A stretch of DNA of 63,716 bases, counting the filler, from Olpidium bornovanus S191 (Eukaryota; Fungi; Olpidiomycota), in NCBI GenBank assembly GCA_017911155.1. It is 25 parts of 25 records of this genome, joined end to end, with 100 filler letters (N's around TTAATTAATTAA, not from the genome) between each part and the next. Parts side by side here need not be neighbours in the genome. Positions count along the whole stretch, not along the records: positions 23,412 to 25,353 come from JAEFCI010008757.1; positions 25,454 to 27,918 come from JAEFCI010002351.1; positions 28,019 to 32,348 come from JAEFCI010010242.1; positions 32,449 to 37,113 come from JAEFCI010002357.1; 21 more parts are not named here. The stretch is one strand, 5' to 3'. The position numbers and the translations under genes are program-made. This document shows positions 23,478 through 35,499 of the stretch, one piece after another. Position 1 is the first letter of the stretch. Every line of letters begins with the position of its first letter. Below the pieces are notes generated by a model that had not been told where the DNA came from, did no database searches, and saw only the letters and a list, made by a program, of their open reading frames with translations.

Positions 23478-25047
23478 GAAAAAGGAAGGGAAGGCGGGGA
23501 AAAGACGGGAAAGAACGACGCGCGGTTTGCGGTCCGCGCAAAAAACCGGAAAGGGCCGGCGGCTGCCTTTCAGGGCGCGGCGGGAAGGGCGGGCGGGACG
23601 TTCCTTCCGGGGCGCGCGGACAAAGTTTTCCGCTTTATTTCGCTCGAGAATTTCCGGACGCGCCCCCCTCCCCCCGCCCGCCGGGGGCCCGCGGTTTTTC
23701 CGTTTCCAACAAAGAAAAGAAAAAAAAAAAATTCCCCCGGTTCTTCCAATTTCCTCCGCGGACATCCGCTCGTTTTCTCCTCTCGCGAAACAAACCGGCC
23801 GTGCGCCCGGGTGGTGCCTGTTACCCCGGAGCAATAGCGCGGCGGGTCGGACGCCAGGGCAACAATGGCCCCGGCGAAAAATGAGGGGGCGGTTCCGAAG
23901 GCCGGCCTCCGCGCACCTGGTTTGTTCCCAGCTGGATACGGCGTGCCGCGTAGCGTTCCTCCGCCTGGGGGCTGTAGAATAAATTTTTCACTAACTCGTG
24001 TAATTATTAGTTTACAGATAGATCAACCTTCAATCGATGCATTGATGATCAGATTTCGGTTACGTCCGGGGCGGTCCACCGGGGGCCACGACTTCACGCA
24101 TCTCCTCGCCCCGCCGTTTTGTAAGATTGGCCCTCGGCGGCGGGGCGCCGCAATTAGCGTTCGAGGGCATCTCTCCGAGTATGACAAGGTCACGTACGCG
24201 TTCAAGCCTCGTCGACACCGACCGTTCTCCGCCTTCGACGCAAACGCTTTGCCGCCAAGATCCTAACCTCCTGGGCGTGTGAGGGCGCGGTTGCCAACCC
24301 TGGACGAGAGAAGCGCGATACCTATTCCAAGGCGTTGATCGCGAGGGCGATAAGGTCGCCGAGCTGCGATCAAGGGGCGGAAAGACGACCAAGCTGAAGG
24401 CCGCCCCCCAGGGGAGAAGAGGCCGCCCACCTTCGCACACTAATGCCAAACCGGTGCACACCCCCCGGTTGCTTTGCCGACCTCCCGAAAAGCGGGCGCA
24501 CGTCCTCGTTCCGTTCAAAAATCTGTCGGCAAAGACGGTACGCACTGTAACTCGGCAGACGTTTTGGTTGACGGCTCATCACAAGTGCGCGCCGTCCGAA
24601 AAAGGTCGGAATGCCCAGTTGCGGGCCACGGGCCGGCCGGCCGCTCATTTTTATGAGGGCAAACGACTGCCCCAGGTCCGCCCGACCGAAATCGATCACC
24701 ATGACCTGAAGCCCGGGGGCGCACAGGAGTTGCCGCTTGGTGATTCTACTCTCCGCGAGAGCGCGGCGGGTTTGCTCTCCGGCGTTGCTAAGCCGGCCAA
24801 TTGGATCCCGTCCTGTTGTCCCGCGCGTGCCGGCGGCAAAGCGCAGAGAGAGGGTCGTCGTGTGCGGGGGGGGGCCAGGGCGGGTTGGTCGGCTTCTCGG
24901 TGTTGTCGGGGCAGGGAAAGAGCGCCCGGGCGAAAGAAAGAGCGCCGACAAATGCCCGGAAATATTTCGCGGCCCAAAAAAAAAAAAAAAAAAAAAGGCC
25001 CGGAACCGCCCCCCCCCCCGCCGGACGGAGGAGCTGCGCCAAAAAAA

Positions 25048-25254
25048 ATGGCCTTCCGCGCCGCCGTCCCTTCGCCGTGTGCGTCAGCGGCTGCCGCCGC
25101 GGCGCGGCGGGCGCAGCGTAACGTCCAGCCGGCGCGCGCGCTGCGCGGCAGCCTCGCCTTCCGCGTCGCCCCTACGGCTTGCCGCTACTCGTCCGAGGCC
25201 TCCGCGGAGCCCGCGACTGCTTCCCAGGCGTCCGGCGAGCTTTCCGTGGAACGA
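25048..25254 (+). CDS. First exon of an unidentified, probably mitochondrial protein (presequence only), truncated
   Basis: AAAATGG start. MAFRAAVPSPCASAAAAAARRAQRNVQPARALRGSLAFRVAPTACRYSSEA is R/A/S-rich with no acidic residues before an RY/SS-type cleavage motif. It is followed by a GTGAG donor. Confidence 0.5.
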
Positions 25255-25310
25255 GGTGAGGACCGCGGGGTGACAAAATAAAGGGGGGGGGGGGGGGGGG
25301 GGGGGGTTTT

Positions 25311-25345
<35 letters not shown>

Positions 25346-25462
25346 GGGGGGAANNNNNNNNNNNNNNNNNNNNNNNNNNNNNNNNNNNNNNNNNNNNTTA
25401 ATTAATTAANNNNNNNNNNNNNNNNNNNNNNNNNNNNNNNNNNNNNNNNNNNNGAGAGAGAG

Positions 25463-25518
<56 letters not shown>

Positions 25519-25539
25519 CGAGACAGAGAACGGTGTGAA

Positions 25540-25573
<34 letters not shown>

Positions 25574-25592
25574 AGGGGGGGGGGGGGGGGGT

Positions 25593-25641
<49 letters not shown>

Positions 25642-25683
25642 CGGGGGGGGGGGAAAGAGGGATGTGTGTGGTTTGTGTGTGTG

Positions 25684-25715
<32 letters not shown>

Positions 25716-25852
25716 TGTGAGATCGGCGGCGGCGTCGTTTTGAATTCCAGTTCGGTCCGCCGAAAACCAACAACGCCCTCGCCCGGAGAGAAAGGACGCT
25801 TGCCGCAGGAACCGCCCCTTGTCCCTTCCCCTTTTCCCCGCCGCCCCCGGCA

Positions 25853-26913
25853 ATGGACGCGTGCGCGGACCCCCACGCCCTGCGCGCGCCGCCGCCGCCT
25901 CTGCTCGAGATGCCGGCGCGCGATAGGCAGGAAAGCGAGCCTGTGCGGCCGGCCGCGCTCCTGGCCGTGAGCGCCGGCGTCCTGCTGTCCGGGTCCCTTG
26001 CCGGGGGCTGGTACGCCCGGCGAAAGGAGAGTGAGTCCCCCCCCTCCCCCGTCCGCCTGCGGCGCCAGGCTTGAGAGAGAGACAGAGAGAGAGAGAGACA
26101 AACCACTGCCGGGAACGACGAACTGCTTGCTACCGGTCGCTTGACGCCGACCTTGCGGCACGCCGCATCCCTGCCGCCCTTCCCTTCCCGCCTCTTCGCA
26201 GGGTCCTTTGCAGACGACGACTGGCCCGCCGCTTCAGACGTCCGCCGCCTTTGGGTCTGGAAGTGGTTCGTTCCGTCGGCATTCCCTGTGCGGGACGCGA
26301 GCGGCGGTTCGGATTACTACGAACGGATGCGCCTGGAGTACCAGCGGGCGAACTCCGCGCCCGGCGCGCCTCCGCCGCCCTCACCCTCGACAGCTGGCGG
26401 TAACGCCTGCGTTCGGGGCGCGCCGGCCCCAGCGGCTGTGCTGCTGCGCCCGCGCGGAGGCGCGCCGGTGGCGGCGGCGAAACCCGCCTCCGGGGCGTCC
26501 GCGAAGAAGGTCAGGCCTGTCGTAATGGGGTTCCAGGCGCTCGCAATTGCCACCACGGGTTGGGCCGTCGTCGCTACCGCGGCTGTCTGGGGAGTCCGCA
26601 AAGCGCTGGGAGGGAACACGGTAAGAAAAAAAAAAGAAAAAAATCGGGAGAATAAAGAAACAGAGAAAATGAGATAGAGGGAGAGAGAGAGAGAGACCGA
26701 ATACCGGAAGGTCTGACGACGACGAGAAACTGGCTGCTGCCTGAAAATAAAAATGCTTTCGCGCCGCCCCAGGTCAGGGAGTTTAATTCATGGATGAGCT
26801 CGAATTTCCGCAGGGAAGACCTCAACCCGCTGGGAGCGTTGACGGAAGAGGACGACGCCTTGCTACGCGCCGTCGAGAATTATCTCGGCATCTCCGCCGA
26901 CGCCGAGCTTTGA
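25853..26913 (+). CDS. Small membrane protein, TMEM242/Aim11-like (tentative), three exons
   Basis: Exon 1 hydrophobic segment ...GGWYARRKE|GTGAGT, exon 2 ...PVVMGFQALAIATTGWAVVATAAVWGVRKALGGNT|GTAAG, exon 3 VREFNSWMSS...ADAEL* with TGA at 26911-26913. Confidence 0.5.
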
Positions 26914-27479
26914 GCACGCGTTCCTTTTAACACACGCTTTTCTCGAACCGCGGAACGCGCGCGTGGTGCTGGATTCTCTGTTTCAAGGGACGGACTTCTC
27001 AAATGTCTCGCGGGGGCCTGTGAGGCTGGTGACACTGTGGCCTTTTGCCTTTTGAGAGCGCGAAGCGCGCGCCCCTCTTCTTTTCGAGTGGGAAGAGGGG
27101 TATTTCGCGAATAGACGTGATTACGGAGGACCAAACGTGCGCTACTCCATATTTGCGATTCCAAAGGCCAATGATGCGACTTCGAACTCCAAAACTACGC
27201 CTCCCGCGCTGCTGCCGCGTCGCCGACTGCGCTACAGCGTTCGTCGACAAGGCTGGGTGTGTCAACATGCTTCCGATGCATGATAGAGCCGAGGTCGCTG
27301 GTGAGGATATCGGCAGTTTGCTTCCCCGAGGGGATTGCCTTGAGGAGGATCTCCATCCACTTAATGCGTTCGCGGATGAAATGGAACCCCCCGTCAATAT
27401 GCTTGGGGGGGGGGCAGGGTGGGGGAGCCCGGGGGTGGTCTGGGGGAAGGCGGGAAACGGGGGTTTGCTTTTTATCATG

Positions 27480-27650
27480 AAAAAAAAAACAATGCGCGCA
27501 TCGCAAAAAAAAGGATGCGGCCATGGCATAAAAAGAAGATGTGCCCATGGCCAAAAAAGAAGATGCGCGCATGGCAAAAAAAGAAGATGTGCCACTGCCA
27601 AGAAAGAAGATGCGCCCATCGCAAAAAAAGATAGTGCGGCCATAGCAAAA
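27480..27650 (+). repeat. About 24-bp degenerate tandem repeat, about 7 copies, reading as AKKEDA(P/R/A)(M/I) but broken by frameshifts
   Basis: Units such as CAAAAAAGAAGATGCGCGCATGGC, CAAGAAAGAAGATGCGCCCATCGC and AAAAAAAGATAGTGCGGCCATAGC. Confidence 0.7.
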
Positions 27651-29555
27651 AAAAAACGTCGACCGGCGGTATCTCCGCCCCCACGCCGCTGATCCGGGCG
27701 TGCTTTGGCTCATTCGAACCGCCTCGTCGAGCGCTGTCGATGTGCCAAAGCGCGCAGGAATCGACGCGCTTTCCACCGAGAACGATGAGTTTGAATGACC
27801 CTGGGGGCGGAAAACCCCCAGGAGAGGGGGCGAGATGTTGGGATGTCTGCCTAACAAAATTTTTAACAGCCTCCGGACCTAGAGCACCCGATTTTCCTTT
27901 TTAGGGACTTTCAAATGCNNNNNNNNNNNNNNNNNNNNNNNNNNNNNNNNNNNNNNNNNNNNTTAATTAATTAANNNNNNNNNNNNNNNNNNNNNNNNNN
28001 NNNNNNNNNNNNNNNNNNAATTCCTTAAACTTGCCGAAATCCATCAACCATCCCTGAAACAGAACCCTGGTCATCCACGCTCTTTGGTGTTGCAGTACGA
28101 GAATCCGAGCTCCGCAGCCGCTTTTTTTTTTTTTTTTTTTCAAAGCAACATGGCTTCAATGCACGGCCGGAAAAAAACGGTTTCAGCTTGTGGGTCCTAT
28201 CAGTATTTGCTGTAAACTGTAACTGTGGTCCGCATCTAGTTTTGTTTGAGGCTTTCTGTGCGAGACAGCGAAACTGCTTGCGATGGGATCCGAACGGGAA
28301 AAAAGTCTGGTTTTGTCCGTTGTCGATATTTTTGGCATTCGTACTAACGAATCGCGTCTTGAAGCCCTGGTTGCCATTTCCTTCAACGGTTGCAGTGTTT
28401 GTTGAGCAGGCTCCCCATAAGCGGTGTGACACTTCGATCCATGCCGTTTCTAAAAGCGGGCAAGCCAAGCGTTTGAAAAAAGCAGGGAATCAGGCGGCAG
28501 CCCGAACGTCGGAGAGTTTTTCCTATCCGTTGATCAGGTTGCCTGTTGTCGCGACAGAGGTTACTCGTGTGATCATGCAAACGATGTCTGGTGTGCATGC
28601 AACCATCCAAAACCATAGATCTGCTCGCCCGACATTGAAGAACCCGGGCACGAAGTGCTTCCGCAACCAGCGCGCGTTTGACAGTGGACTCGTGCTTCTT
28701 GCGCAAATCCTCACATGCCGTCTGTTCAAACAATTGAGGCGTAGCGCTTCCGCATATGTAGCACCCCCGAACGGTCGCAGACAAACCGGGCAACCGGCCC
28801 TCCCCAGGTATTCTTCGCGGCTCCCTGCCTCGCGCCGCAATGAAAGAACGAAACCCTCGCGCGACCTCGCCGGCAATCCGCCAGCACTTTCGAGATGCCG
28901 GGTCGGTTGGGCAGGTGCGACACGCGAGAGCTCCTCGTTTTGTCTACGCCACCAGCGCAGTTTGGTGAAGCATTGGGACGGAGGCGGGGGCGGCTTGCAG
29001 ATCTTGTTTTTTGGTTGGATGAGAACTCCGCATCCCACCGCCTGTCCTCGGTATTGTCTAGGCGCGACGGACAGGACGTGTGGGAGGTCAGGTGCAACGC
29101 AAGGCTGTCGGCTCCCAAATGCATGCAGTCGTCCGTCGTCAATTGTGTGGCGCCGCGTGGGAGTCTGCAGGCGAGAGTGAATGTTGATTGCAACATCCCG
29201 GCAATCCAGTTTCGCGTATAAACCGGGCATTCCTTCATAACATACTGTCCTGTTTGATAGCACCTCCCCAAACCGGTAGGTTAAAAAGTGTGGGAACAAT
29301 CAAAACTGACTGTCGAATGTGCCACCCCCCCCTTTGCGGTGTCATCCTTCGTGACCGACAATAACGTCTAGATATTTCTCTCTATTTCGCGTCTTCACAA
29401 CATCCGTTTACTGGCAGACGAGCTTCACATAATCTAACCGAGAAGAACCCCATCTAAGGTATATTGCCTGCAGTCAAAATTCAATTACTCTAATCCTTCT
29501 TTTGTCTGCTTATTTCCTGAACTTTCGCCGCGTTAGTGCGCCTCTGTGTTTCCGT

Positions 29556-31793
29556 TCACAGTCGAATCACCCTTGTCCGCAGTGCCGACGCGGACACGGA
29601 CACCAAGAACATGTACCCGCAGAGCACCACCACCGCGACGGCGTCCGGGGCGTAGGGTGTGCGCATGGAGAGGTTCCCGATGCCGGTGAGGAGGTTGGCC
29701 TGGGCAAACGACCGGCCCCCCCCCCCGGAAACCGAAGGTCAGCCCACCGACCGCAACCAAGAAGCAACGGGCAAAAAATACGGACGGCTCACGCGACGCC
29801 ACGAGCTGGCAAGGAACCTGCCGTGCTCCCTGGAAAACCCGCACGCAAGGCGCCATTTCGGCGGGGACGGGGGAAAATGTTCGCAACCTACCGCCAGGAA
29901 AACGAGGAGGCCGTTCCGGTTCACGGCCTGCAGGAGTTCGGGCACGCCGTCTCCCCCTAGCCTTAGCGCCGGCACGGCGGCGTGTATCGCACGGAAACCG
30001 AGTAGGTAAGTGAGGTTCTGGGCACCGATCCAGAGAACGTAGGGCAGGTTTGCCTGAGCAGCGGGACGCGGATCAGCATGATGTCGCGGGTGACTCTTCT
30101 GCCGAGCATGTCGACGGGACAAAAAGTCACTCCGCCGGCGCGGTCTCACCTGCCGCCTGGACACATCCAGCCGCGTAGTGGTCACCGCAAACGCCGCCCA
30201 GAGCGAAGCAGTCCCGACCACCAGCCTGCCGACCTCTGCCCGCCGCCTGGCGCCATTTCCGGATTTTGGTTCCGTAGAAGCAAAGACCGACATCCCTGCT
30301 TCCTGACTGATCAGGTAGATCGCAAGGTAACCTGGTTGACAATCCTCGTCAGCAGGCACCGTCCACCGTCGACCGCGATAGGACTCAGGGGTGGACGCGG
30401 CAAGACGCAGGACAACAGGCTGGGCGATGACAAACCAGTTTACCGACAAGGCTGCACACGCCCTCCTTGTTCGCGCTCAGCAGGCCCTCGCGTGGCGCAT
30501 GGAGGATCCATTGCTCCAGACCGAACAGGTTGAGCGCCGTCTGGTACACTGCACAACGGAGGCCAAAAGATACTCATGTTAGCGGAGAACCAAACGACGG
30601 ACGTCTTCTCGCTCCCTTCCCCGCGACTCGTGCCAAATAGGCCCAAAGTGCGTACCGACAGCCACCGCCAATCCGACCGCTCCCGAAGCGCCCCTGGGAA
30701 TACGCTCGCCTCGCCCGGTGACGGCACAGACTACGATTTCGCAAAAGGACAACAGTGGGGGTAGGCTGGCGAGGGTGAGGAAGAAGTTCCAGTGCACGCC
30801 GTACTCGGACACGTGCTCCTGTCCGAACAATCGCGTCACGGCCCAGTGAGCGGACGTCAGGAAGATGACTGAGGTTACAACGGCCTTTCCGTGTGTCCTG
30901 GGGTCCGCGCAACGAACCTGGTAATCCGTGCCCTTTACCGCGGCGAGCCTCGCCAGGCCGAGGATCGCCAAAGGCAAACTGACTCGCAAGTCGCGGAGGA
31001 ATTTTCCGACGAAGGAGCGGCTCCGAACAACGGCGCCGCAGACGTGCCTCCGCGCGGATAGTAGCCCTGAGGAAAACACGAAGGCGCCGACCCCTAGATC
31101 CATCTTTTTCGATTTAAGAAAAAAAAAAAATTGGCGGTAAAGCGGGTTGCATCAGCCACCCGGCCGGCCTGCCCGACTGCCCTCGAGATGAGCTTTCTTC
31201 GTCCGGCCCGAGACGCACGAGTGATGTCCCGAACGTCTCGACCTTGGCGAACTTGCGCGGGAAGGCCGGGAAGTCCACTGCCAGGATCGCCGCGCAGGTG
31301 AGCAGCATCATTATTGACCTGTATGCCGTCAAGTACGCCGTGTGCCGGTGCTGGCCGACCTCCACTTCCGCGGTGGGCCAATGCTGCGGGGAGCCCCGTA
31401 ACCGCACGCGCAGGGCAGCCCAGGCAGCCAGCAGTACGGTGTTAAGGAGAACGAGGCGGTCGCTCAGGACCGTCATGGACAGGACGACCGGAATGCACAG
31501 CAGGGCGTAGTCGGCAACCAGGCCCCGCGAAGCCGCGCCGAAAGCTGCAAGAGACTGCCGCCGGTGTAGATAGCAGACCTGCGTGCGGTCCCGGAAGGCC
31601 GCGATCAGAGAAACGGCGCGTCGGAAACGAGGATAGTGCCAAGGACAACACCGCAAAACGACGGTTTCGGGCGCCGGACGCTCACCATCACCGTCACCAC
31701 GACGAGGTTGATGTCCGAGAGGGAGCTGCCGGAGTGCCCGGTGACCCAGCGCTCCTGCTCGCGCTTGTAGTCGTCCCGCTCGCCTGCAGTCAT
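29556..31793 (-). CDS. GWT1: GPI inositol acyltransferase GWT1/PIG-W, multi-exon, apparently complete
   Basis: [63 protein letters not shown]|[39 protein letters not shown]|[10 protein letters not shown]...RVIRL* with the stop at 29556. Confidence 0.95.
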
Positions 31794-32460
31794 CGTGCTG
31801 CCGCGTCGCTCTTTTTTGCCGGCCTGCGCGCCGCCGCTGCAGGACCGAGCGGGTGCCGCGTTTGGGCCGCGTCGTTCGGAGCCCTGGCGCGCGATCGGCC
31901 TGCGGAAAGCAGGGCGGACGGACGTGGCGCGCCGCGTCGCAGGGTTCTGGCGCAGGAACCCAAAGTTCCTAGTCGGCCGGGTTGAATCAGACCGTCGCGT
32001 CGCCGTTGCCTCCAACAGGAATCACGGCAGCGGAGGTGACGGCGAGCAACGGGTAGACGCCACGCAGGAACCACGCAGGCACAAAACGCAACGGGCCCCG
32101 AAACGCGGGAACGCAAGATGGTTTGCTCTGCTTGCATTCTGGTCTGCGCGGTCTCGGTCTTCAGAGGCGCTGTGAACGTAGCGCTCTGGACTACAATATG
32201 GCACAATCGGGGGAACTGGGCCAGGCAGCGGTTTGGCCCATTATGTCGGCGTAATTTGTCTGCCGACAGGCGCCGGGCAGAATGTGTTCATCTATGAAGC
32301 AGAAGTGAATTGCCAGGGCCACCCTGGAAGTCCCACCGTCTACCATGGNNNNNNNNNNNNNNNNNNNNNNNNNNNNNNNNNNNNNNNNNNNNTTAATTAA
32401 TTAANNNNNNNNNNNNNNNNNNNNNNNNNNNNNNNNNNNNNNNNNNNNCTTTTTTTGCGT

Positions 32461-32491
<31 letters not shown>

Positions 32492-33199
32492 GTAAACCCG
32501 CCGCCGAGGGGGGGGGGGGGGGGGGGGGGGGGTGGTACCTCCAATTTTTCTCTAGAAAACGGAATGAGTGGGAAACGTGCAGTGAACCCGAAAGGAAGAT
32601 GTGCCGGCGCAGACCGCCGGAACTACTGGAATCCAGGCGCTGTGCACCCTCCGGAAACAAGCGCTCTCAGCCCGGCTTTTCCAGGCGAAAACTCCCCAGG
32701 AGCACATCATACCAGCCTAAAAAGAACTTACAGGTTTGTTCTCTCGGCCGAAACCCGGGGCTTTTCTGCAACGCCGCTCCTGCATCACGGGGCACCGAAA
32801 AACTCATCTCCGCGTGCTCAGCTGATCCATTGCGGAATTTGAAGTTAAAAACGTTGGGCACCCTCTGCCGCAGCAGGCGTTCCACTGTCTCTCTAACACT
32901 CTCCATGTCCGTTTGGTGAGCGTGGGTGTGCTAACCCTGGCGAATGTTCCGGAACGTTATGCGCTCCCCGCCCCGTTTTCTCCGTTACGTGTTGCAAACT
33001 CCAACCCGCGCGCGCCGCCGCCCCTCCAAACCCCCCAGGGGAACTTGACGAGAACCCGCTGCAGCCTGCTTCCCCCCTCCTCCGTCTCTCTCTGCGCGAC
33101 GGGACCCGCAGAACTTGACGAGAAACCGCCCCGGCCCATTCCCCCTTTCCCTTCCTTGCCATGGGGGATTTCGCGTCGGTGGTGGCGATGGTGGCAGTA

Positions 33200-33480
33200 G
33201 GCGCCACGTTCTAAGCTTTGGTTTTGGCATTAAGAGCCTTGGCTTCCTTTTGCTTCTTCAACGCACATCACTCTTTCGCAATGTGCCTGGGCTTGCCGCA
33301 GTTATAGCAGGTAACCTTCGGTTTGGTCTCCTTGATCGTGTTTTTCGTCGAGGATGCCCCGGCGGCACCGGCCCCATGGACAGGCTTTCTCTTCCCGTTG
33401 CCGATTATACAAAGGTCATGGTGGGTGGACTCTTGTACTTTGTTTATGTTATCCATCTCCGGGGTCATGAGCATATAGTA
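33200..33480 (-). pseudogene. Decayed retroelement gag C-terminus with a CCHC zinc knuckle
   Basis: KVTCYNCGKPRHIAKE followed by TGA where the last Cys is expected, then a K-rich tail. Confidence 0.75.
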
Positions 33481-33899
33481 AACGTTACAGAAACCAGAGG
33501 AAACGGAGCAGCGTCACCAGGAGGAGCTCGAAGACCTACGTCAAAGGCTGGCACGGGAGAAAGCCCACCGAGGGCGAGTGGAGGAACGCATGAAGGACAA
33601 TGGAAGCCGCACTTCTCCAAGCAGAAGAAGAGGAGGAAGAGGACGACCAAGTCAACTCCGTCCAGGACGACCGAGATGGCTCCGTCAACGAAGAGCGTGT
33701 TCGCGCGGAACCCGTGGAAAGGTTCCTCAACGACGACCTGAACACTGCTGCCTACCACGGCAGTAAGCAAGAACATGAGCTGTCACAGCCTCCGGAGGGA
33801 AACCTCAACACTCTCTTGGCACGGACATTGTTGGGAGCAATCCCAACGTCCGGAGGTACCGGAGGCACGGCAGCACTTGTCATAGTTCTAGTTCTCCCC

Positions 33900-34547
33900 G
33901 CGCACACCTTCAACCCCCCCTTTTCTTTTTCCTTTTACCAACGAGAGCCAAAAACAATTCAAAGGAGAGCGACCGCGTTAACCGCGTCAGGTTATGAGCC
34001 CAAGTTGGACTTGACCCGTCCCTCACCTCCGCCCGTCTCCGCCGCCCATTTTCGCCGTGCGCCGCAGCCCATTTTCGCCGCGCGCTGCCGCCCTTCTTTG
34101 CAGCCGGGACCTGTTCGCCCAACCGCGATCTCGCTCCTCTGCGCAGCCGCCCGCCGCGCCGCCTCCGCCGCCTTCGGCAACCAGCCGCGCTATCCGTGCC
34201 GCCCTTGGCCGCCCGCCGCGCCGCCTCCGCCGCCTTCGGCCACCAGCCGCGCCATCCGCGCCGCCTCGGGCCACCAGCCGCGCCATCCGCGCCGCCCTTG
34301 GCCACCAGCCGCGCCGTCTCCGCCGCCTCGGGCCACCAGCTGCGCCATCCGCGCCGCCCTTGGCCACCAGCCGCGCCGTCTCCGCCGCCCTTGGCCACCA
34401 GCCGCGCCGTCTCCGCCGCCTCGGGCCACCAGCCGCGCCATCGGCACCGCCCTTGGCCGCCCACCGCGCCGTCTCTGCCGCCTTCGGCCTCCAGCCGCGC
34501 CCTCCACGCCGCTGTCGGCGATAGATTCGCGCCGCCCCGCTTCGATT
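33900..34547 (+). mobile_element. 5' part of a second half-tRNA-PBS element (U5 end, PBS, satellite leader), interrupted at 34548 by another LTR
   Basis: A-rich stretch ending ...GTCA at 33989, directly followed by GGTTATGAGCCCAA at 33990-34003, then GGACTTGAC and a 31-bp array. The left LTR boundary is uncertain; TGTCAC at 33781 is one candidate. Confidence 0.65.
34147..34510 (+). repeat. 31-bp C-rich tandem repeat, about 12 copies
   Basis: CCACCAGC-type anchors recur every 31 bp: 34147, 34178, 34209, 34240, 34271, 34302, 34333, 34364, 34395, 34426, 34457 and 34488. Confidence 0.92.
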
Positions 34548-35426
34548 TGTAGACCCCTCGCTTATCATCAGTTCGGGTCGCGCTTGGGCGCGTCCCCCTC
34601 GATAGTGCACGTGACCCAGTGTACTATATAAGAGACGCGCGCAGTGCGGACCGATTCCGAACTCTCGCGCGCGCAAAAAGGCAAAAACAAACAAAATAAG
34701 CTCGCCATCCTCGCTGCGGCCGTCCGGCCTGTTTGTTGCCTTTTTTTCCCGTCGCGGATTCTCGTCTGAGCGGGGGCGTCGGCCGCCCGCTGTCGGCGCC
34801 CAAATGGTCGCCCGCCGGATCGACGCCTTGATATTGCATAGAATCCATCGATTTTCCCTCCCGTATGGGGGTCGACTTGCTTTAATCGATTGCTTTTCCT
34901 TTTGATTGATTTGATTGCTTTTCCTTTTGATTGATTTGATTGCTTTTCCTTTTGCTTTAATCGATTGCTTTTTACTTTTGATCCTTTTGTTTTGATTTTA
35001 CTTCCCCCCCTTTTTTTCTTTGCTTCGTCCACGCTTCTACCGCTACACACAAAAATCCCCTCGACGTCGAAAAGAGAGCGAAGTCGAAGTTGCCGTCGGG
35101 CAATCGGAGAAGAGGGGTCAGAGTCGAGAACTGCCGTCGGGCAGCCCGGGGTCGAGGTCGAGGGAGTTGAGTTTCGAGCGTTCTTTGCGCCGTTGGGCCA
35201 GGAGTAAGAGCGTCGGTCCGCGCGCTGGTTCTTTCGCGTCCTTCGAAGGAGAAGCGTTCCGTCTCCCCTCGTCTTGCCCCCCCTTCGCAACCCCTCCCTG
35301 TTACGCGCAAGCCCCCGGCGGGTACGGCTCTGCAGCCTGCCATCCTATCCTCCGTCCCATCGATCGCTCTTCACCTTACTCTCCTTGACGACGAGAGGGC
35401 TCCACCAAGGCGTTTCTATCTCGACA
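34548..35426 (+). mobile_element. Putative 5' LTR (about 879 bp) of a Ty3/Gypsy-type element
   Basis: Begins TGTAGA and ends TCGACA (imperfect inverted termini), with TATATAA near 34625 and internal short tandem repeats at 34877-34980. It is followed after 3 nt by TGGCGCTCCCAGGCAGG at 35430, a canonical 3'-CCA type PBS, and then gag. Confidence 0.65.
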
Positions 35427-35499
35427 AATTGGCGCTCCCAGGCAGGAAGTGCGGGTAAAACCGAAAAGTAACAAGGGTAGTCTGCGCTGAGAGCAGCGA

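Noticed and set aside
25540-25653. Very long G/C and A/T homopolymers (also 19740-19822, 25283-25350, 39700-39900, 50409-50444, 63645-63700) as G-quadruplex or regulatory elements
   Set aside because: Many sit at contig ends or beside garbled low-complexity sequence, which is typical of base-calling and assembly error. Their lengths cannot be trusted without reads.
34023-34694. Multiple repetitive R/A/P/G-rich ORFs
   Set aside because: They are translations of the 31-bp non-triplet satellite, which lacks stop codons.
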